A stretch of 64,000 nucleotides of DNA, from NCBI GenBank assembly GCA_963727485.1, contig CAVSGM010000005.1, positions 93,635-157,634 on the forward strand, written 5' to 3'. This document shows, in pieces, positions 49,267 to 59,962 of the stretch. This DNA comes from an uncultured delta proteobacterium (GTDB lineage Bacteria > Myxococcota > Myxococcia > SLRQ01). The notes below the pieces were generated by a model, which saw only the letters and a list, made by a program, of their open reading frames with translations, had not been told where the DNA came from and did no database searches. How positions within the stretch are numbered: position 1 is the first letter of the stretch; each line of letters begins with the position of its first letter. The position numbers and the translations under genes are program-made.

Positions 49267-50292
49267 TCAGGGGTCGCTGGCCCTGGGCCCGAAGAAGAAC
49301 GCCCGGGTCATGTAGGCCAAGAGCCCCACCGCCACCACGAAGAAGAGCAGGAAGAGGGCGAACACGCCCCACTGCGGGTGGACCGGGACCGAGGCCGGGT
49401 CGTAGCTCCCGGCGAGGCGCAGGAGGCGCACCTCGTGGCGGGCGAAGACCATGGTGAGCATGGACACGAAGACCATGGTTCCCGAGACCCAGAAGCGCCG
49501 GGTGAAGAAGAAGTGGAGGGCGCCCAGGGAGAGCAGGATGCCCACCGCCAGCGCCCAGATCCCGGGGCTGTGCATGAAGGGACCGAGGACCGTTCCCAGC
49601 GTCACCAGGTAGACGGTGCCCAGCACCGCCGCGCCCACCATCGCCCAGAGGAAGATCCGCTTGGCGGTCTTGAAGGTCTTCTCCTCCTGGCCGGCGAGGA
49701 CCCCGAGGAAGAAGCCGGCGAGGGTGAGCGCCCCGAGGAGCATGTGCCCCCAGCGCGCGAGGTAGGTCCCGACGTGGGGGTTGAGGACCAGGCCCGACTG
49801 GCTGGCGCCGTAGAGGGCGGCGATGGCCGGCGGGACCTCGCCCATGGAGAACACCGAGCTGTAGACGAAGCTCACGTAGAAGAACACCGCCAGCGACCCC
49901 AGGAGGTACCAGCGCGCCCGCTTGCTCCCGGCCTCGGCGGTGGAGGCCGCGTAGACCAGGTAGTAGGCGAGGGTCACCGCCGGGATGATGCCGATCCAGA
50001 ACCAGCCGCTGGCAATCGAGGCGCCGTAGATCTGCCGCGGGTAGACGAGCTGGACGAAGAGCAGCGGCGCCACCCCGAAGGTGATGGTCGCCGCCATGAT
50101 CGACGGCAGGGCCCGGGTGTAGCGGGTCACCGCCGGCTCGCCGGAGCGGCCCTTCGCCCAGAGGAAGGCCAGCACCGCCGCCCCGCCGGCCAGCAGGTTC
50201 ATGGCCACGAAGTGAAGGGTGAGGGTGAGCAGGTGGAGGGCCGTGAGGATCCACAGCGGCGCGGGGATGAAGTCGTAGGCGTGGAGGGTCAC
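49267..50292 (-). CDS. Polytopic membrane protein, CydA-like second subunit
   Basis: TLHFVAMNLLAGG, ITFGVAPLLFVQLVY, RWGHMLLGA; start overlaps the stop of the upstream CydA-cytochrome c gene. Confidence 0.6.
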   Translation of the reverse strand: MTLHAYDFIPAPLWILTALHLLTLTLHFVAMNLLAGGAAVLAFLWAKGRSGEPAVTRYTRALPSIMAATITFGVAPLLFVQLVYPRQIYGASIASGWFWIGIIPAVTLAYYLVYAASTAEAGSKRARWYLLGSLAVFFYVSFVYSSVFSMGEVPPAIAALYGASQSGLVLNPHVGTYLARWGHMLLGALTLAGFFLGVLAGQEEKTFKTAKRIFLWAMVGAAVLGTVYLVTLGTVLGPFMHSPGIWALAVGILLSLGALHFFFTRRFWVSGTMVFVSMLTMVFARHEVRLLRLAGSYDPASVPVHPQWGVFALFLLFFVVAVGLLAYMTRAFFFGPRASDP

Positions 50293-51824
50293 GACGCGCC
50301 TCCCTTCTTGGCGACGGCGGTCTTGGACTGCTTGCCGATCTGGATGAGGTACTCGACGAGGGCCTGCTTCTGCACCTCGTCTCCGGTGAACGCGGGCATG
50401 CTGGCGTCGAGGTCCGAGAGGGACTGGAGGGTGAAGCCCACCTCGTCGGGCCCCATGTCGGCGAAGCTCTGGGAGATGTCCTTGTAGCCGCCGACCTGGT
50501 GGCAGGTGCCGCAGCGCACCTCGAAGACCTTCTGGCCCAGGGCGACGCCCTTCAGGTTCGTGGCCTCGTCCAGGGGCGTGTGGTCCACGTGCTTCCAGAT
50601 CCAGGCGGCGAGGGTCTTCGCCTCCGCCGGGGTGCCCATGAACGGCGGCATGTGGGGCTTCATCACTCCCACGCCCTTCACCAGGCCCTCGGCGAAGGCG
50701 ACGTCGGTGTGGGCGAAGTGGGGCGCCAGCGCCTTGTAGCCGTCGACGGTGTGGCAGGTGTGGCAGGCGTGGTCGAACAGGTCGAGGCCGTCGTCCCCGG
50801 TGCGGTAGGTGATGTGCGCCAGGTAGCCGGTCTTCTGGAAGTCCTTCACGTCACCGACCACCACGCCCTGGCCGTACATGTAGTTGGCGATGATCCAGGG
50901 CTTGCGCGCCGACTCCCGGAACACCTCGAAGGAGCCGATCTCCCCGAAGCCCACGAGCATCAGGAGCACCGCCAGCCCCGACACCCAGCGGCGCGAGGTG
51001 AGCAGGGCGATGAGGAGCAGGAAGGCGAGGCCGCCGGCGAAGACGAAGGTGACGTGCATGGCCCACTCGGGCATGGGCAGCCGGTCGAAGGCGATGAGGC
51101 GCTGGGCCTTGGGGATCGCCCGGACGAACCAGTAGAAGGTCGGGGCCATGACGATGAGCCCCGCCAGCCCCCAGCCGGTGTTCCAGCGGACGATGCGGGT
51201 CTTGAGCGCGCCCTTGGGCAGACGCGTGGAGACCAGCAGGGTGTAGAGGCCCGCCAGGAGGAGCGCGATGCCGGTGCGGAAGACCAGCGTCGGCAGGTAG
51301 GTGGGGTTGAGGAAGCCGTCCCAGAAGCTGCCGGTCTTCAGCCACTGCCCCGGGGTGAGCATGAACGAGAGGATCCCGTTGATGACCGCCAGGGAGAGCC
51401 AGGCCGCGGCGAAGTAGATCCACCCGATGATGAGGTGGGTCTTCGCCGGGAGGGTCTTGAACCCGTAGTAGTAGAAGATCGCCGCGGCGATCTCGACCAC
51501 GAAGAAGGTCCACTCGATGGCCCAGCCCCACACGAAGTTGTGGATGAGGACCTCGGTGGCCGCCGGGTTCAAGAGGCCGATGATGAACCAGATGCCCACC
51601 CCGGTGACCGCGCCGAGGACGACGGTGACCAGGACGAAGAACCGGGTGAGGCGGTGGAGGAAGTCGAGGCCCGCGGCGTCTCCCTGCTTGCGCATCCGGG
51701 TCTCGGTGACCACCAGGTAGAGGCCGCCGCCGATGGCGAACTGGGAGATGAAGACGTGGAGGATGGCGATGCTCGCCATCAGGACGCCATAGCCGACACC
51801 GGCGTCCCAGAACGGATAGTCCAT
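50289..51824 (-). CDS. Cytochrome bd-type oxidase subunit I (CydA-like) fused to two c-type heme domains
   Basis: LHVFISQF, VLGAVTGVGIW, WAIEWTFFVVE, SLAVINGILSFMLTPG, RESARKPW; CHTCH and CGTCH, each followed by an MP motif. Confidence 0.85.
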   Translation of the reverse strand: MDYPFWDAGVGYGVLMASIAILHVFISQFAIGGGLYLVVTETRMRKQGDAAGLDFLHRLTRFFVLVTVVLGAVTGVGIWFIIGLLNPAATEVLIHNFVWGWAIEWTFFVVEIAAAIFYYYGFKTLPAKTHLIIGWIYFAAAWLSLAVINGILSFMLTPGQWLKTGSFWDGFLNPTYLPTLVFRTGIALLLAGLYTLLVSTRLPKGALKTRIVRWNTGWGLAGLIVMAPTFYWFVRAIPKAQRLIAFDRLPMPEWAMHVTFVFAGGLAFLLLIALLTSRRWVSGLAVLLMLVGFGEIGSFEVFRESARKPWIIANYMYGQGVVVGDVKDFQKTGYLAHITYRTGDDGLDLFDHACHTCHTVDGYKALAPHFAHTDVAFAEGLVKGVGVMKPHMPPFMGTPAEAKTLAAWIWKHVDHTPLDEATNLKGVALGQKVFEVRCGTCHQVGGYKDISQSFADMGPDEVGFTLQSLSDLDASMPAFTGDEVQKQALVEYLIQIGKQSKTAVAKKGGAS

Positions 51825-51999
51825 GGGGGGATCCTTCGTTCTTGGGGGGTGGAACTGGGATTGGCTCCTAGACGCGAACCGGTCGCGCGCAACCGGGCGC
51901 CGGACGCCGGGGGGCCGCGGGCCGGACCGGGGGACCGATCGCCGGACCTTGGCCCCGGGGCGGGGCACGGGGTTCCAGGGGGTTGAGGGCCGGCACCGG

Positions 52000-52015
52000 T
52001 GGCACGCCCCTGGCA
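52000..52015 (+). promoter_or_regulatory. sigma54 (-24/-12) promoter
   Basis: TGGCACG-CCCC-TGGCA (GG-N10-GC), 34 nt before the ATG at 52050. Confidence 0.6.
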
Positions 52016-52049
52016 TTTCGCCCCCGCCGACCCTGGCCCCGGAGCGCCC

Positions 52050-52829
52050 ATGCACCCGATCGCCCCCGCCCGCCCCTCCCCGAACCGCGTCCCCTCCGCG
52101 GGGCCCCCTCGCCCTGCCCCGGGGGGGCCGCCCCGAAGGCCCTCCGCCGGGCCCGGCCGTCGCCTCCCCGGGGTCGAGGCGCCACCGAGCCCGCGCCTCG
52201 CCCGGCTCCTCGCCGCCGGAGGCGCGCCGGTGGCGGCGGCGGCGTTCCGGCGCCTCGCCGCCACTCCCGGCGCGGCGGCCGCGGAGGAGGCCCTCCGGGT
52301 GGCCGCCCTCCGGGTCGAGGCCCTGGGCCTCGGCGGCCACCTCCAGCCCGACGCCTCGGTGCCGCCCACCGAGCCCCCGGGCCCCCTCACCGCCCCGGTC
52401 ACCGTGGACGTCGGGCTCCGGCCGCTGTTGGGGGAGCTCGCCTGGGCCTGCCTCGAGGCCGGGCGTCCCGCCGACGCCGTCCGCCTCTTCGGCGCCCTCG
52501 AGACCCTGGCCCCGGACCGGGCCGCCGGGGGCATCGGGCAGGCCTCGGCCTACCTCGCAGCGGGCCTCCCCGAGGCCGCCGTCGTCGCCGCGCGCCGGGC
52601 GGTGGCCGCCGAGGCCACCCCGGTAGCCCTCGCGGCCCTCGCCGAGGCCCTGGTCTTCGCCGGCGAGCCCGACGCGGCCCGGGCGGCGGTGGCCCGGGCC
52701 CGGGGCGCCATGGGGCCCGCGGCGTCGTGGCTCCGCCTCCTCCGGGTGGGCCTCGACGAGGGGTGGCTCCCGGCGGCGGTGGCCGGGGCGGCCGTCGCCA
52801 GCGACGCCGGGTCCGGGAGCGCGCCGTGA
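52050..52829 (+). CDS. TPR protein resembling type III secretion chaperones
   Basis: LLGELAWACLEAGRPADAVRLFGALETLAP...GIGQASAYLAAG...ALAEALVFAG; Pro-rich N-terminus. Confidence 0.5.
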   Translation: MHPIAPARPSPNRVPSAGPPRPAPGGPPRRPSAGPGRRLPGVEAPPSPRLARLLAAGGAPVAAAAFRRLAATPGAAAAEEALRVAALRVEALGLGGHLQPDASVPPTEPPGPLTAPVTVDVGLRPLLGELAWACLEAGRPADAVRLFGALETLAPDRAAGGIGQASAYLAAGLPEAAVVAARRAVAAEATPVALAALAEALVFAGEPDAARAAVARARGAMGPAASWLRLLRVGLDEGWLPAAVAGAAVASDAGSGSAP

Positions 52830-53449
52830 GGGCCGCCGGGCCCCGTGAGCTGGGCACCCGGGTCGAGCACGCGCCGGGGGCGGGCCCACCGGTGGAGGCG
52901 CGCGGGCGCCGCGGGGGCTTCCGCGTGCACCTCCGGGCGGCCCTCGGCCGGCCCCCCAGGCGCCCGAGCTCCGCGTCCGCCGGCGCCGGCTCCGAGGCCA
53001 CGGTGATCGCCGGGCGCGGCGGCGCCCAGGGGCACGGTGGCGCCACCCTCGATCTGCTCGAGACCGGCGACGGGCGCCCGCGTCACCTCACCCCCGGCGC
53101 GCCTGGCGGCGCAGGTACCCTCGCCACCGCCGGCCTCGCCCTCGAGGCCGGGCCGGGCCCCACCGGGCTCGCCCCCGCCGACGCCGTCGCCCACGCCGAG
53201 GCGGCCCGGGCGGCGGTCGCCTGGATCGCCCGGTGCGCGGTCGCCGCCGCCGCGGCCCCGGGGCTGCTCCGCCTCCACCTCGAAGACCGGCGCCTCGGGC
53301 GGGTGGCGCTCCAGGTGCGGGTTCGCGGCCGACAGGTCACCGTGCGCCTCGCCGCGGCCCCCGACGCCCGGGACGCCCTCCTCGCCGAGGCGGGCGCCCT
53401 CGAGGCGGCACTCGCCCGGCGGGGGCTCGTCCTCGAGACCCTCCGGTAG
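52826..53449 (+). CDS. FliK/SctP C-terminal (hook/needle length control) domain protein
   Basis: LRLHLEDRRLGRVALQVRVRGRQVTVRL...LEAALARRGL; GTGA overlap with the TPR gene. Confidence 0.6.
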   Translation: MRAAGPRELGTRVEHAPGAGPPVEARGRRGGFRVHLRAALGRPPRRPSSASAGAGSEATVIAGRGGAQGHGGATLDLLETGDGRPRHLTPGAPGGAGTLATAGLALEAGPGPTGLAPADAVAHAEAARAAVAWIARCAVAAAAAPGLLRLHLEDRRLGRVALQVRVRGRQVTVRLAAAPDARDALLAEAGALEAALARRGLVLETLR

Positions 53450-53514
53450 TGGGGGATCTCCCGGGGGGTGGTGGGTTTCTTGCGCACACTGTCGCCCGGG
53501 AGGACCATCGGGCC

Positions 53515-54000
53515 ATGAGCCCCTTGGACCTCTTCCTCTCCGGGGCGGTGGCGCTGCCCGCGGCCTGGGGCCTGTGGCGGGGCATCGTCTCCGGGGTCAC
53601 CGGCCCGGCGGCCCTGGTGGTCGCCGGGGTCGCCGCGGTCACCGGGTGCGTCCCCGTGGGCCGGGTCCTCCTGGGGCCCCAGCCCCTGGCGCCGGTGGCC
53701 GGGTTCATCGGTCTGTTCGTCGCCGGCTACCTCGCCGTGCGCCTCGTGGGCCTCCTGGTTCGCAAGCTCGCCGCCGCCGCGGGCCTCGCCTGGGCCGACC
53801 ACCTCGGCGGGGGCCTGGTGGGTGCCGCCCTCGGTGCCGTGGTCGGCGCCTGGGTGGCCGCGGTGGCCGCCGCGGCGCTCCCGGGGCCCCCGGCTTTCGT
53901 GCGCCGCTCCGTGCTTCTCCCCCAGGCCCGGGTCCTCGCCTGCGCCACCGGCCTCGACTGCCAGCGCCTTCGCCCCGGGGCCACGCCATCCTCGTCTTGA
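53515..54000 (+). CDS. cvpA: CvpA (colicin V production) family membrane protein
   Basis: LDL...AWGLWRG, GLAWADHLGGGLVG, SVLLP. Confidence 0.75.
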   Translation: MSPLDLFLSGAVALPAAWGLWRGIVSGVTGPAALVVAGVAAVTGCVPVGRVLLGPQPLAPVAGFIGLFVAGYLAVRLVGLLVRKLAAAAGLAWADHLGGGLVGAALGAVVGAWVAAVAAAALPGPPAFVRRSVLLPQARVLACATGLDCQRLRPGATPSSS

Positions 54001-54040
54001 CCCCCTAGGCGTCGCACGCTACAAGCCGACGACGGCTCGT

Positions 54041-54114
<74 letters not shown>

Positions 54115-54135
54115 CCAAAGTCCATCCCAGATACA

Positions 54136-54174
54136 CGGCCGGCGCGAGACCCCTTGGGGTGCTCGCGCCGGCCG
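54136..54174. terminator. Strong hairpin between tRNA-Cys and the convergent gene
   Basis: cggccggcgcgag-acccc tt gggg tg-ctcgcgccggccg. Confidence 0.7.
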
Positions 54175-54222
54175 CTTGCTTCATCGGGGCCCGCGGGTCG
54201 GGCCCGGTGATCCGGGGACTGG

Positions 54223-57170
54223 CTACCGCTGGGTCCCCAGATCCACCCGCTCCACGCCGTAGTACCCGCAGGCGAGGTAGGCGCTGCTCCCGACCACCCG
54301 CACGGCGTTCACCCAGCCCTGGTGCCGCTGGAAGGCGGAGAGCTTGAGGTCGGCCGGGTTGGAGACGTCGTAGACCAGCATCCCCCCGAGGTAGCCCAGG
54401 TCCACGAAGGCCCGGTGCCCCTGCACCGTCCGCAGCCAGCCCCAGGTCTCGGGGAGCAGGGTCTCGCCCACCAGGCGCAGGTTCGAAGGATCGCTGACGT
54501 CCAGGCTCTCCAGGCGGGTCTCGCTGTGCCAGGTGTTCTGGGCGTCGTTCCAGGAGCGGTTGGTGGTGAAGAAGGCCGTCTTCCCGTCGAGGCGGATGTC
54601 GCCGATCCACCCCTTGAGGTCGATGCGGTCCCGGAGCACCGCCGTCGAGCCCAGGAGGGTGAGGGCGTTGAAGGCCTCGTGGGCCTGGTTGTCGCTGCCC
54701 CAGTAGTAGTCGAGGGTGTAGAGGGTCTGGCCGTCGTCGCCGAGGCGCACCACGTAGCCGGGGACGTTCACCTTGGGCAGGCGCTTCGGAGCCGACGGGG
54801 TGGTGAGGTCCACCCGGTCGAGGTAGTAGCGGACGTGCCACACCCCGTTGGCGTCCTGGCCCTGGCTCTCGTAGTGCGAGAAGTAGAGCAGGTTGCCGAC
54901 GCTGTGGAGGCCGTAGCTCCAGTCGTCGCCCTGGAGGGTGAGGGTGCTGGCCAGGTGGGGGTCGCTCGGGTTGGCGAGGTCGACCACGAAGAGCTGGTCG
55001 GCGTCGACGCCGGTGCTCGATCCGCCCGAGGTGCCCCCGTTCGAGGGCGCGCCCCCGGCCGCGCCACCGCCGGCGCCCCCGGCGAGCATGGGGTAGTGGA
55101 AGCCGGTGGAACACCAGCTTGTCGCCGCCGACCTGCTGGACCTCGTCGCCGCCGTACCAGCCCCAGCCGTACCCGTAGCCGCCCCACCACTGGAGGGCGT
55201 CGGGGAGCTTCACCATCCCGGTGATCCGGGGGTGGGTCGGGTCGGCGAGGTCGATGACCCGGACCTCGGTCTTCCCGTCCTTCCAGTTGCGGTCGGCGAG
55301 GTAGGCAAAGTGGCCGTTGACGAAGAGCTGCCCGTTGGGGGCGGTGACCTGGATCTCGGCCAGCGGCTGGCCCAGGTCGGGGTGGCTCATGGGCAGGACC
55401 AGGAGCCGGGTGTTCCCCGAGTACCAGTCGCCGATGAGCTCCACCGCGTACTGGCCCATGTTCACGAGGTCGTCGACGTTCCGCGCCAGCTCCACCGAGC
55501 CGGTCACCACCGGGTGGTCGAGGTCGGTGGCGTCCACGGTCTGCATCCGCTGGTTGGAGATGGTGAGGATGCGGTTCTGGTAGGGGAGAGCGCGGCGTAC
55601 CCAGCCCTGGGCGTCGATGAGACCCCGGAGGGTGAGGTGCGTCTGGTCGAAGGAGATGAGCTGCACCCCGCCCTGGTCGTGCCACATGCCGCTGGTCTGG
55701 TCCTGGGTCTCGCTCTGGTAGGGCACGAGGATGAGCCCCAGCGAGTCGAGGACCTTGAACACCTTGTCGTAGTTGTCGGCCTTCTCGGGCACCCAGCCCC
55801 AGGTCCCGCCGAAGATCTTCCGGTCGAGGAGCGCCGGGTGGTCCAGGTCGGTGACGTCGAAGAGGGACACGGCGAGCTGCCAGCTGCCGTTGGTGTTGTC
55901 ATGACCGAAGGCGACCAGGTGGTTGCCCCGGGGGACGATGTGGTCGATCCACCCGGGCATGGACACCGAGCCGCGCTGGAGCGGGTTCGCCGGGTCCGAG
56001 AGGTCGACCACGAAGAGGGGGTCGATGCGCTCGGAGGTCACCACGTAGGCCCGGGGCCCATCGAAGCGCACCGCGGTGAGGGACTCGGGGTGGGGGAGCT
56101 GGAGGACGGTGTGGCCCAGCGGCGCGAAGGTGCCGCCCTGGCCCATCTTGAAGGTGTAGATCTCCGGGGCGAACCGGCCGCTCCAGTCCGGGGCGGTGAC
56201 CATGCGGAACACGCCGGCGGTGGCGTCGAGCATCCACCGGTCGCGGACCATCCCCGGCTCCTTGACGAGCCCGCCGAGGGCGATCTGCCCGGCCGGGTCG
56301 GAGATGTCGACGTACTGCACCCGGGTGTCGTAGGTCCCCTGGCCGGTGCCGTTGTCGTAGCTCCAGTCCGTGGACGCCACGTAGATGGCGTTCTGGTCCA
56401 CGAAGACGTGGTCGTCGTAGCCGTTGTTGAGGGGGAAGCTGACCTGGTCGACCTGGCGGATGTCCTGGGGGTTGGCCACGTCGATGGAGGTGATGAAGGT
56501 GCCCTGGGTGTTGTCGGTGGTCGCGTTGCCGTTGTACCAGGCGTAGCGGTTGCTCACCGTGTAGAGCACGTCGCCGACGATCCGGGTGTCGGTGATCTCA
56601 CCGGGGATGTCGAAGTGGCCGATGATCACCGGCGCCGCGGGGTTGGTGAGGTCCACCACGCGGATTCTGGCTGCCCCGGAAGCTCGACACCGGGCCCAGG
56701 GCCCCGCCGCCGTTGGTGTACCAGTAGTTGTAGTAGTTGCTCACCACCACGTAGGCGCGGGTGCCGTGGATGTACATCTCCACCGGGTGGCCGTAGATGG
56801 GCGCCATGCCCACGCGCCTCGGCTGGTCGGGGTTGGAGAGGTCGATGACCTGGAAGCCCCGGTACTGGTTGAGGACGTAGAGGAGGTTGCCCTCGACGCG
56901 GTAGACGTCGCCTTCCTCGACGGTGCGGGTCGGGGTGGTCCCGCCGCCGCCCGTGCCGTTCGAGGGCGAGGTGGTCGGGCCCCCGGCCGCGCCGCCGGCG
57001 GCCGTGCCGCCCCCCTGGCCGGCGCCGCCGCTGTTGGGGCTCACCGAGGTGAAGTCGGTCTGGCCGGGGTGGTAGCCCTGGGTGGGCCCGCCGCAGGCGG
57101 CGAGGGCGAGGGCGAGGAGGCCGACGAGGAGGACGGCGTCGTGGCGTCGGGTCTGCTTCGGGTGGTGCAT
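54223..57170 (-). CDS. Beta-propeller domain lipoprotein (Beta_propel/LVIVD-like repeats), frameshifts near 56665 and 55100
   Basis: Lipobox ALAAC; VEEGDVYR, LYVLNQYRG, AVRFDGPRAYVVT..IDPLFVVDLSDP, MPGWIDHI; split over three ORFs. Confidence 0.8.
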
Positions 57171-57226
57171 CTTCGGATCCCCTCCGGTGGTCACGCTACA
57201 TCGGTTGGCAGTGTGCCAGGGTACGA

Positions 57227-57243
57227 AGCATCCCCCATGCCAA
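57227..57243 (-). promoter_or_regulatory. sigma54 (-24/-12) promoter for the beta-propeller lipoprotein
   Basis: Minus strand reads TTGGCATG-GGGG-ATGCT (GG-N10-GC). Confidence 0.65.
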
Positions 57244-57394
57244 GCCCAAGCTACTGGAATCAGGGGATCTGCTCCCGGCGACCGGGTCGGAATCCCGAGG
57301 GTTGGCGGTGCCGGGTCTCGGAAAACCGAGACCCCTCGAGGCCCCCGAGGTGGTGTTTGCCACGGGAGACGCCGGGCGGTATCTTCGCGGCCCC

Positions 57395-57879
57395 ATGAGC
57401 ACCGCCTCCGAGCCCACCGTTCGCGTCATGCACATCGATCCCGAGAAGGATCGGGGCGACTTCCACGCCGCCCTCGCCATCCGCGAGGTGGTCTTCATCG
57501 AGGAGCAGTCGGTCCCCGAGTCCATCGAGCGCGACGCCGAGGACGCCCGGGCCTGGCACGTGCTGGCCTGGGACGGCCCCCACGCCGTGGGCACCGGCCG
57601 CCTGGTCGAGCTCCCGACGTGCCCCGAGGGCGAGAGCGGCCAGTGGGGCCAGGTGGGCCGCATGGCGGTCCTCACCGCCCACCGGGGCCGGGGCCTCGGC
57701 CGCATGATCCTCGAGCACCTCGAGGGCGAGGCCAGGCGCCGGGGCCTCGCCGGCATCAAGCTCCACGCCCAGGTGCACGCCTTCCCCTTCTACGAGAAGA
57801 TGGGCTACCGGCGGGTGGGCGAGGAGTTCATGGAGGCCGGGATTCCCCACGTCGAGTGCCACAAGGCGCTCGGCGTAGC
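57395..57879 (+). CDS. GNAT family N-acetyltransferase (ElaA/YjcF-like); true stop probably near 57878, as-assembled ORF runs to 57970
   Basis: IREVVFIEEQ, GRMAVL..HRGRGLG, LHAQ, FYEKMGY, FMEAGIPH. Confidence 0.88.
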
Positions 57880-57929
57880 GCCCACGCGCCCGGCCGGGGC
57901 GCCGGCGCCTGCCGGATGGCCCCCGGGCG

Positions 57930-59011
57930 TCAGCTCCCGAAGAAGATCCGCCTCACGTCGCCGAAGGTGACGAGGAGCATGAGGCCGATGAGGAGCAGGA
58001 AGCCCACGGCGTGGACCGCGAGCTCCACCTGGGCGTCCACCGGCTTGCGGCGCACCACCTCGATGCCCAGGAACACCAGCCGCCCGCCGTCGAGGGCGGG
58101 GATGGGCAGGAGGTTCAGGAGCCCCAGGTCCACCGAGATCATGGCCACCAGGCACAGTAGCGGCACGATGCCTCGCCTCGGCGGCGTCGCTGGTGGTCTT
58201 GATGATGGCCACCGGTCCCTGGAGGCGGGCGCCCGGCGCGCCCTTGAAGAGGCGCCGCGACCCCGGCGATGAGGCTCAGCGTTGGTATGCCCAGGTCTGC
58301 TCGGCGCCCCGGAGCACCGCCCGGCCGAAGGGCAGCGCCGGCGCCCGCTTGCTCGAGACGCCGACGCCGATCTCGACCCACGGTCCGGGTCTTGCCGTCC
58401 TTGGCGGACTTCTCGACACCGGCCTTGGGGGTGATGGTCACGGTGAGGCTCTTGCCGTCGCGCTCGATGCCGATGGTCGTCGGCTGGCCCGCGTGGGGGG
58501 AGATGGCCTTGCGGCAGCGTCGTCCAGTCGGTGACCGGCTTGCCGTCCACCGAGACGATCTTGTCGCCGTGCTTGCAGGCCCGCCTTGGCCGCCGGGTCG
58601 CCCGGGGAGGACCTCGCCCACGGTGGAGGTGGAGGGGTTGGGCACCGGCGGCCCGAGGAGGAAGACGGTGGTGAACAGGACCGCGGCCAGCACGTAGTTG
58701 AACGCCGGGCCGGCGAAGATCACCAGCAGCCGCTGCCACACCGGGCGGTTGTTGTAGGCCCGGGGGTCGGTGTCGGCGCCCTCCTCGGAGGGGTCCATCC
58801 CGGCGATCTTGACGTAGCCCCCGAGCGGCAGGGCGCAGAGGGCGTACTCGACGTCACCGACCTGCTTCTTGAGGAGGACCGGACCGAAGCCCACGGAGAA
58901 GCGCTCGACCTTCATCCCCGAGAGCCGGGCGAGGAGGAAGTGCCCGAGCTCGTGGAAGATGATGAGGCCGGCGAAGGCGACGATGGTCCAGACCCATTTC
59001 ATTGGGCGCAT
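57930..59011 (-). CDS. rseP: RseP-type site-2 metalloprotease with PDZ domain (several frameshifts between 58170 and 58610)
   Basis: HELGH, FSVGFG, PLGGYVKI, AGPAFN, GDKIVSVDG, GPVAI, NLLPIPALDGG spread over three frames. Confidence 0.85.
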
Positions 59012-59184
59012 GGTAGCGCCCGCCCCAGGGCGCAGCAAACGGTGCGTGGGGGGCTCGTCCGGGGCCCCGGCCGCCCCAGGTGGGCGGACGACCGATGGGT
59101 GCATAGCTTGACACCCCCGGATTGACGGGTGTTTCCTCGATCCCGTGTGGCCGGCGTCCCAGCCGGCTTCCAGGAGCTCCCGAC

Positions 59185-59889
59185 ATGCGTCCCCTCCGCC
59201 TCCTCGTCCTCGGCCTGGCCCTGGCCGCCACCGGTCTGTGGGCCTGTGCCACAGGACCCTCGCTCAAGGTCGACGACACCCTCCTGGCGAACCTCCCCCA
59301 GGACCGGATGCAGGGCGTGGTGGACGCCCGCCACGCCCGCGACCAGGCGACCGACGCCCTCGGCCAGGCCAAGGAGGACGTGGTCAAGGCCAAGAACCGC
59401 CTGCGCCTCGCCCAGTCCGAGGTCCAGGTGGCCAACTCGGAGCTCCAGCAGACCAAGGTCCGCGCCGACATCGCCCGGGACTCCGGGAACCTCCAGGACG
59501 CCCAGACCGCCGAGGGCAACGTCCGCTCGGCCCAGGCGGCGGTGGCGGCGGCCAAGAAGAAGGTCACCTGGCTCTCCCGAAGGGTCGAGGAGGCCACCAC
59601 CGCCGTGGACCTCGCCCACGCCAAGCTCGAGCTCGCCGAGGCGAAGGTCGAGGAGGCCAAGGCCGAGGCGGTCCAGGACAAGCCCGCCGGCCGCAAGCTC
59701 TCGGTGAGCCAGTACAAGCTCCAGGTGACCCAGTTCCAGACCAAGGTCTCCGAGGCCGCCGAGGACGTGGCCAGCGTGGGCGTCGAGGTCGAGGAGGCGC
59801 GCAAGGACTTCGACGCCTCCAAGGCGCGCCTCGAGGCCCTCTCGGCGCCGGCCATCCCCGCCTCGGCCGTGTCCACGCCCCAGGGGTGA
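59185..59889 (+). CDS. Coiled-coil lipoprotein
   Basis: AGGAG RBS; lipobox GLWAC; Ala/Glu/Lys/Gln heptads throughout. Confidence 0.75.
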   Translation: MRPLRLLVLGLALAATGLWACATGPSLKVDDTLLANLPQDRMQGVVDARHARDQATDALGQAKEDVVKAKNRLRLAQSEVQVANSELQQTKVRADIARDSGNLQDAQTAEGNVRSAQAAVAAAKKKVTWLSRRVEEATTAVDLAHAKLELAEAKVEEAKAEAVQDKPAGRKLSVSQYKLQVTQFQTKVSEAAEDVASVGVEVEEARKDFDASKARLEALSAPAIPASAVSTPQG

Positions 59890-59962
59890 TCCCGCGCTCC
59901 GGGCCGCCGCGGCCGGCCGCGGGGTCTTGCCATGGGGGACCCTCGGGTTACCTTCTCCCGCG

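Noticed and set aside
54244..54254. CACCCGCTCCA matching the tRNA-Gly 3' end (42250-42260) as a possible attR
   Set aside because: Only 11 nt, inside a coding region, no integrase, and the enclosed interval contains cvpA and tRNA-Cys; probably chance.
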